NCBI GenBank assembly: GCA_964615185.1
Contig: CAZTOS010000064.1
Coordinates: 1 to 11,225 of the forward strand
Direction: 5' to 3'
Source: an uncultured Thermococci archaeon
GTDB lineage: Archaea; Methanobacteriota_B; Thermococci; Thermococcales; Thermococcaceae
Length of the DNA stretch: 11,225 bases
The position numbers were made by a program, and so were the translations under genes. Shown here piece after piece: positions 6,854 to 11,225 of the stretch (position 1 is its first letter; the number at the start of each line of letters is the position of its first letter). The notes under the pieces are model-generated. The model was not told the DNA's origin. It was given only the letters and a program-made list of their open reading frames with translations, and ran no database searches.

Positions 6854-7480
6854 ATGAGCGATGAGCTGCTTGAGTTTTATGCAAGTGAAGCCCTAACCTG
6901 CCCCCGACGCATATACTTCAGACTTAAGGGATATCCTGAAAAATGGCCTGAATTTGTTAGAATTAAACTCGATCAAGGAATTAAAACCCATAATATTTTA
7001 GGCGAGATTTTAAGCAAAAGATTTGGCTTTGAACTTGAAAAGCACATGGTTCTCCGTTCTTCTCGTTTGGGTTTTGAAATCCATGGAAGAATTGATGCTT
7101 ATCGGGATTTTCCAATTGAAATAAAGGGCAAAACCTCTCTCCCAAAGCTGCCCTATGAGTATCATCTTGCCCAGCTAAACATATATCTAAGATGGGCCGA
7201 AAGCGAATATGGTTACCTTTATTATGTGAAACTTCATGAAAATCCTCATAAAGTCCTAAAATGGATAGACTTCTCAAGCTTCCCAATAGTCAAAGGAAAA
7301 AACTTCAAAGCCTTTGAAATCCCCTATGACGAGAGGTTGTTCAAGGAAACGGTGAGACAATTCTATATGGTGAAAAAACATTACGAAAAAGACAAGCCTC
7401 CAGAAGGATGGCATAATTATCTCTGCAAGTTCTGTCCTTATTATTACATCTGTTATGGAGACAACGGCCACAGATTGTGA
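6854..7480 (+). CDS. cas4: Solo Cas4-family RecB-like PD-(D/E)xK nuclease with Fe-S cysteines, 208 aa
   Basis: AGGAGG RBS at 6841-6846. N-terminal CPRRIYF plus C-terminal CKFCPYYYIC give four Cys. Nuclease motifs G...H, ELEK, GRIDA, IEIKG and QLNIY. No other cas gene or array in the window. Confidence 0.88.
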   Translation: MSDELLEFYASEALTCPRRIYFRLKGYPEKWPEFVRIKLDQGIKTHNILGEILSKRFGFELEKHMVLRSSRLGFEIHGRIDAYRDFPIEIKGKTSLPKLPYEYHLAQLNIYLRWAESEYGYLYYVKLHENPHKVLKWIDFSSFPIVKGKNFKAFEIPYDERLFKETVRQFYMVKKHYEKDKPPEGWHNYLCKFCPYYYICYGDNGHRL

Positions 7481-7482
7481 AA

Positions 7483-8358
7483 TTATTTTTTAGCTCTCCA
7501 CTTCAAATCATTCTCAACAATAGCTTCAATCATTCCTTTATTATAAAGCTCCGCTATAAATGCCCTTATTGGGACTTGGTTTAAAGCTAAAGTCTGAGGT
7601 GTTATATTTGCCCCAAATGCTTTAGCTAAATGGTAGCTCAGCTCACTTATGCTCATTGGCTTTTCTAGCAGCTCTAAAATTTTCTTCTCAGTTTCTTCAA
7701 CTCTTTGAAGATTAAACTCAAGCAGCTTTTCGGCTTCTTCTCCTCTGACGCCTTTTCCATGAGAGGGTATCAGCAGAAATCCTTCAATTGCATAATTATG
7801 TAATTGCATAATTGAAGATTTAAATAATTCAACATCAACCAAATAGGGAACTCCAACAGCTTGAATTACCCTCTCCCCAAAGAAGCTGTCTCCAGCGTAA
7901 ATAACTGCGTTTTCTTCATCCACAAAACCTGTCATTCCCGGAGAGTGCCCATTGAGTTTCGCAGCTTTTAGGCCAAATAGCTCATCGTTCCACTCAAAAA
8001 TAGCATGAACTTTAACCTCATGTGGAAATTGAAACACTAAGAATCCCTTAGGAGCTTTTGAGCCAAAAGTTAGGAGTTCTCTATTGAGAGGACTTTCAGC
8101 AATGGAAAACTCGAAGCGATGCATAAAAAGAGGTTTATCAATCCTTACAGCCACACTTATATGGTCGGCGTGCCCGTGGGTTGCTAAGAGGGCTTTTATC
8201 TCACTTCCAAGTTTCCTAACTTCCCTCAGTAGATCTTTGTGTCTTCCGCTTCCATGTCCAACATCAACAAGAACAGCCTTTCCCTCATGGAGCTTTATCA
8301 TCGTTGAAGGACTTCCCGGATAAAGATACAAATTTTCGCCAAGCTTTCTCACTCCCAT
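7483..8358 (-). CDS. Metallo-beta-lactamase-fold hydrolase with a probable C-terminal winged-helix domain, 291 aa
   Basis: GGTGA RBS. Motifs LVDVG, THGHADH (HxHxDH), GHSPG, AGD and PSHG. C-terminal KILELLEKPMSISEL...AELYNKGMIEA is wHTH-like. Confidence 0.9.
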   Translation of the reverse strand: MGVRKLGENLYLYPGSPSTMIKLHEGKAVLVDVGHGSGRHKDLLREVRKLGSEIKALLATHGHADHISVAVRIDKPLFMHRFEFSIAESPLNRELLTFGSKAPKGFLVFQFPHEVKVHAIFEWNDELFGLKAAKLNGHSPGMTGFVDEENAVIYAGDSFFGERVIQAVGVPYLVDVELFKSSIMQLHNYAIEGFLLIPSHGKGVRGEEAEKLLEFNLQRVEETEKKILELLEKPMSISELSYHLAKAFGANITPQTLALNQVPIRAFIAELYNKGMIEAIVENDLKWRAKK

Positions 8359-8392
8359 AAAATCACCAAAAAAGTTAGGATGCTAAAGGTAA

Positions 8393-8941
8393 TTAATTTT
8401 TTCTAAGCTTTTCAACTTCGTCAATAAGCTCTTGAAAGTACCTGTGAAATTCACTTTTCTTTAGATACTCAAGAGTTGACCAAAATTCTTCTAAATTGCT
8501 AAAGCCAGCTTTCTCATATTCATACGCCTGAAGAACCATCTCAAGCTTGTCCGCAAACTTAACTAATCTACCTTCCAAACTGCTTTCTTCCTCATACTCC
8601 TCAAACAGCTTGAAGTATTCTAAGCTTTTACTCCCAATTTCAAGTAAAAGCTCCATAACAGCCTTTTTTTCAGCCTTTTTCTTATCTATGTATCTTTGAG
8701 CATCTAAAGGTAGATCAGTTATCTTTGCTTCTCCCAAATCATGTAGAAGAGCAATCTTGAGAGCTTTTTCTACATTGACATCAATACCCCTATTTCTGAG
8801 CTCTTCTGATAGAAAGAGGGTTATAAAAGCAACTCTAAAGCTGTGATCTGCAACACTTTCAGGATCTGTAACTCCTCTAAGCAACCATCCCATTCTGGGC
8901 AGACGCTTAAGCTTTCCTACTTCAAGAAAAAGTTTTATCAT
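8393..8941 (-). CDS. HD-domain phosphohydrolase, YfbR/HDDC2-like (probable 5'-deoxynucleotidase), 182 aa
   Basis: LKRLPRMGW, ESVADHS, ALLHDLGEA.ITD and VKFADKLEM..QA are the signature motifs of the family. Confidence 0.9.
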   Translation of the reverse strand: MIKLFLEVGKLKRLPRMGWLLRGVTDPESVADHSFRVAFITLFLSEELRNRGIDVNVEKALKIALLHDLGEAKITDLPLDAQRYIDKKKAEKKAVMELLLEIGSKSLEYFKLFEEYEEESSLEGRLVKFADKLEMVLQAYEYEKAGFSNLEEFWSTLEYLKKSEFHRYFQELIDEVEKLRKN

Positions 8942-8943
8942 AA

Positions 8944-9258
8944 CTACTCCTCCGCAACATACAGGGCTTTCTCGGTTTCTATTGCTTTGGCTATAATTCC
9001 ATCCCCCACAAATCTGCCATACACTTTTACATGTTCCCCCTTGCCTATATGGGGAGTTCCTGAGAATTCAATTTTCAGACCATTTATACGAAACGTGGTT
9101 CTATAGCTTGGTAGCTCCATTGGAAGAAATTCTATAGTTGGTTTGTTTTCAACCACACCCTCAAGAACGACATTTTTGCCACGAAACTTGTTATCTTTCA
9201 ACTCATCAGGAAGAACGATGTAATAGTAGTGATGACCAAACTTAACTCTCTTTGGCAT
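8944..9258 (-). CDS. Small hypothetical protein, probable OB-fold, 104 aa
   Basis: AGGTGA RBS before ATG 9258. Beta-rich pattern GKNVVLEGVV...GEHVKVYGRFVGDGIIAKAI is typical of OB-folds. Its stop lies 2 nt from the HD start. Confidence 0.75.
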   Translation of the reverse strand: MPKRVKFGHHYYYIVLPDELKDNKFRGKNVVLEGVVENKPTIEFLPMELPSYRTTFRINGLKIEFSGTPHIGKGEHVKVYGRFVGDGIIAKAIETEKALYVAEE

Positions 9259-9315
9259 TCCAATCACCTTTACACTTATATTCCTCTCCGAGTGATATAC
9301 TTATCGGTGAGAGGT
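9259..9315. promoter_or_regulatory. Compact divergent promoter region (57 bp)
   Basis: Plus-strand CTTATATT near 9275-9282 and minus-strand GATAAGTATATC near 9305-9294, with a GGTGA RBS on each side. Confidence 0.5.
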
Positions 9316-9882
9316 ATGATAAAGGTTGCGATCATTGGGGCTGAAAACGTTGGTAAGTCTACACTTATGAATGTGCTCCTCGGAAAGAAGGTCTCTGAGA
9401 CTACTGAGATTCCAGGAACCACAAAAAGTACTATAAGGAAAACTTTTGGAAAAATTAAGATTCCAAAGACTATGAAAAATCCATTCGGAGGGGCAGATGA
9501 GTTCGTATTAATTGACACAGCAGGCCTTTTTGATCCTCAATATGAGTTCAGAGGTAAAGTTCTAAGCGAGGAAAAGTTTAGGGAAATTTTAGACGAAATA
9601 ACATCAGCTGATATTATTATCCACATGATTGACGCCCAATATGGCCTGCATAGGGGAATGGAAAAGCTTCACCATCTATTGAAGTTCAGATACGAGAAGC
9701 CAATAATTGTTGTGATTAACAAGATTGACTTAGTCCCAGGAGAGAGGGTCGAGGAACTCAGACAAATTGTGAAAAAGCGCTTAGAACAAGAACCCATACT
9801 TCTATCTTTAGTCACATATGAAGGATTTAACGATTTGCTAAAAGCACTTGTGTATTATGCCCAATATGCAAAGAAAAGCTAA
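9316..9882 (+). CDS. Era/TrmE-like TRAFAC GTPase, G-domain only, 188 aa
   Basis: GGTGAGAGGT RBS before ATG 9316. G1 GAENVGKS, G2 PGTT, G3 DTAG, G4 NKID. No KH domain. Confidence 0.9.
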   Translation: MIKVAIIGAENVGKSTLMNVLLGKKVSETTEIPGTTKSTIRKTFGKIKIPKTMKNPFGGADEFVLIDTAGLFDPQYEFRGKVLSEEKFREILDEITSADIIIHMIDAQYGLHRGMEKLHHLLKFRYEKPIIVVINKIDLVPGERVEELRQIVKKRLEQEPILLSLVTYEGFNDLLKALVYYAQYAKKS

Positions 9883-10109
9883 ATCCTTCTCGAATATTTT
9901 GAAAATTTAATCAGAGCTTTTAGTGAAATGACGTCATCAGGCAAACCATATCCATTTGCAAGTTCCTTAGCTAACTCTTTGGGAAGGCCATTCCTAACTA
10001 ATGCCTTCTTGAATTTTCGTCTGCTCCTCCGTATTGTTCGTTTAATTCCTGCTAAATTCCACAAAAACTTTGGAATTAAAAGCAAAAGCCGGAAAAAGGA
10101 AAGAATCAT
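9879..10109 (-). CDS. Small basic hypothetical protein with hydrophobic N-terminus, about 76 aa
   Basis: TGATG stop/start overlap with the upstream gene at 10111-10107 and a GAGGAG RBS. Shares a motif with the upstream protein. Confidence 0.75.
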   Translation of the reverse strand: MILSFFRLLLLIPKFLWNLAGIKRTIRRSRRKFKKALVRNGLPKELAKELANGYGLPDDVISLKALIKFSKYSRRI

Positions 10110-10681
10110 CACAGCTCCTCCTCAAAGTCCTCCGTTGCTCTCTTTTTCCCGAGCTTCTTCAGCTCCTTGAAATCCTTTATTTTGCCCATTTTTTCCTTCA
10201 TGAGTGCAACGATTAGTGTCTTTACAATGTTCATGCTCTCCATGTACTCCTTTGTAAGCTCAAAAGCCTTATCTGGATCCATTCCTGTCGCAACAAGCTC
10301 TTTATAAAAGCTGGCAACACTTTTACCGAATTTTTCAGCTTTATCCGGGTCATATGCCTCATTTATGAGTTCTTTAATTGGACCAAATATTGAGTCCATT
10401 ATCTTTGGCAAGCTTTCTGAAAGAACACCCATGACCTCCTTGAGTTCTTGAATGTCCTCTTCATCCCCTTTGCTCTTCTCATATGTCTTGAGCATTTCTT
10501 TAAGCATCTCAATTTTCTTTTCTATAACCTCTAAGTCATCTTCGCTCTTTGCTTCTTTGAGCTGTTGTGTGAGCTCTCTTATAGTCTCTTCGATTATCTC
10601 TTTTGGTTCTACCTCCGCTTCAATTCTTTCAAGGATTTTCTTCTTCATTTCCTTTTCAAACTCTTTTTCATCGAACTCCAT
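10109..10681 (-). CDS. Glu/Lys-rich coiled-coil hypothetical protein, about 190 aa
   Basis: GAGGTGAT RBS before ATG 10681. Heptad-rich helices and a central FYKELVATGMDPDKAFELTKEY segment. Confidence 0.85.
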   Translation of the reverse strand: MEFDEKEFEKEMKKKILERIEAEVEPKEIIEETIRELTQQLKEAKSEDDLEVIEKKIEMLKEMLKTYEKSKGDEEDIQELKEVMGVLSESLPKIMDSIFGPIKELINEAYDPDKAEKFGKSVASFYKELVATGMDPDKAFELTKEYMESMNIVKTLIVALMKEKMGKIKDFKELKKLGKKRATEDFEEEL

Positions 10682-10701
10682 CTCAATCACCTCGATAATT
10701 A

Positions 10702-11145
10702 TTATCTCTGCTCAAACCTAATTGGGATTCCGATTAAATCAAACCACTTATTGATCACTTCTTTTCTCAGCGTGTAGCACTTTCCTTTCTCACCTTCCAC
10801 CTCTTCAAAAACATTGAGCTTCAAAAGAAGTTCAACCTTCTCTCTGACAGTATTTCTTGAACCTTTTCCACGTCTCGCTTTAAGCTCTCTTGCTATCTGA
10901 CTTATGTTAGCTTTTTTGAGATCAAACACTATCTTAACTATCTCCCTCGCAATGGGGTCATGTCTAATTTCTGGAATTATGATATCAATGCCAAGCTCCC
11001 CATATTGTGCGTAAATGTTTATAAGTCTGAGATAGTTCTGAGCTAACTGGGATACAAGCTCAAAACTTTTCATTAGCTCATTCATGGCTTTTCTTAATGT
11101 TCTCAGCTCCTCTGCAAGCTTCTCGATATCTCTGTCCTCTGGCAT
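10702..11145 (-). CDS. Winged-HTH transcriptional regulator with N-terminal coiled coil, about 147 aa
   Basis: DPIAREIVKIVF..KKANISQIAREL...GSRNTVREKVELL...VFEE...KGKCYTL fits a wHTH with wing. Start at ATG 11145 after GGAG; TTG 11157 is an alternative. Confidence 0.8.
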   Translation of the reverse strand: MPEDRDIEKLAEELRTLRKAMNELMKSFELVSQLAQNYLRLINIYAQYGELGIDIIIPEIRHDPIAREIVKIVFDLKKANISQIARELKARRGKGSRNTVREKVELLLKLNVFEEVEGEKGKCYTLRKEVINKWFDLIGIPIRFEQR

Positions 11146-11225
11146 CTTTGCTCCCAATAGTTAGTTTAGCTGCTCACTTCATATAGGTGTTTTGATTAAA
11201 AATGAGCAAAAATTAGTGGATTTTT

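Noticed and set aside
6690..7480. CRISPR array or cas operon associated with cas4
   Set aside because: No regularly spaced ~30-bp direct repeats and no other cas genes anywhere in the window.
9280..9297. Possible Thermococcales glycolytic motif (TGM) ending in GTGATA
   Set aside because: Left half-site TTCCTC matches TATCAC poorly, and the flanking genes are not sugar-metabolic.

Overview
Archaeal chromosomal window, almost certainly Thermococcales: AT-rich, with GGTGA/GGAGG ribosome-binding sites, BRE/TATA promoters and proteins closely resembling Pyrococcus/Thermococcus ones. Left to right it holds: a probably frameshifted ArsR-type regulator remnant; a secreted CW_binding_2-like surface protein (-); a ~760 bp intergenic region with possible decayed gene fragments; tungsten formaldehyde:ferredoxin oxidoreductase (for); and a coupled trio of a MoaD/ThiS/SAMP ubiquitin-like protein, a 56-aa Cys-rich protein and a cytoplasmic M23/LytM-like metallopeptidase. 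These are followed by taw2 (-), a small hypothetical protein, a dual-guide box C/D sRNA (guides match the 16S rRNA 530-loop region) directly upstream of a solo Cas4 nuclease, an OB-fold/HD/metallo-beta-lactamase operon (-) divergent from an Era-like GTPase, and a wHTH-led three-gene operon (-) whose two unknown proteins share a 22-residue motif. No CRISPR array, tRNA, rRNA or mobile element was seen. The most intriguing items are the Ubl(GG)-Cys-rich-M23 cassette, the C/D sRNA-cas4 arrangement and the motif-sharing protein pair. All family calls come from motif recognition and memory; no database searches were run.
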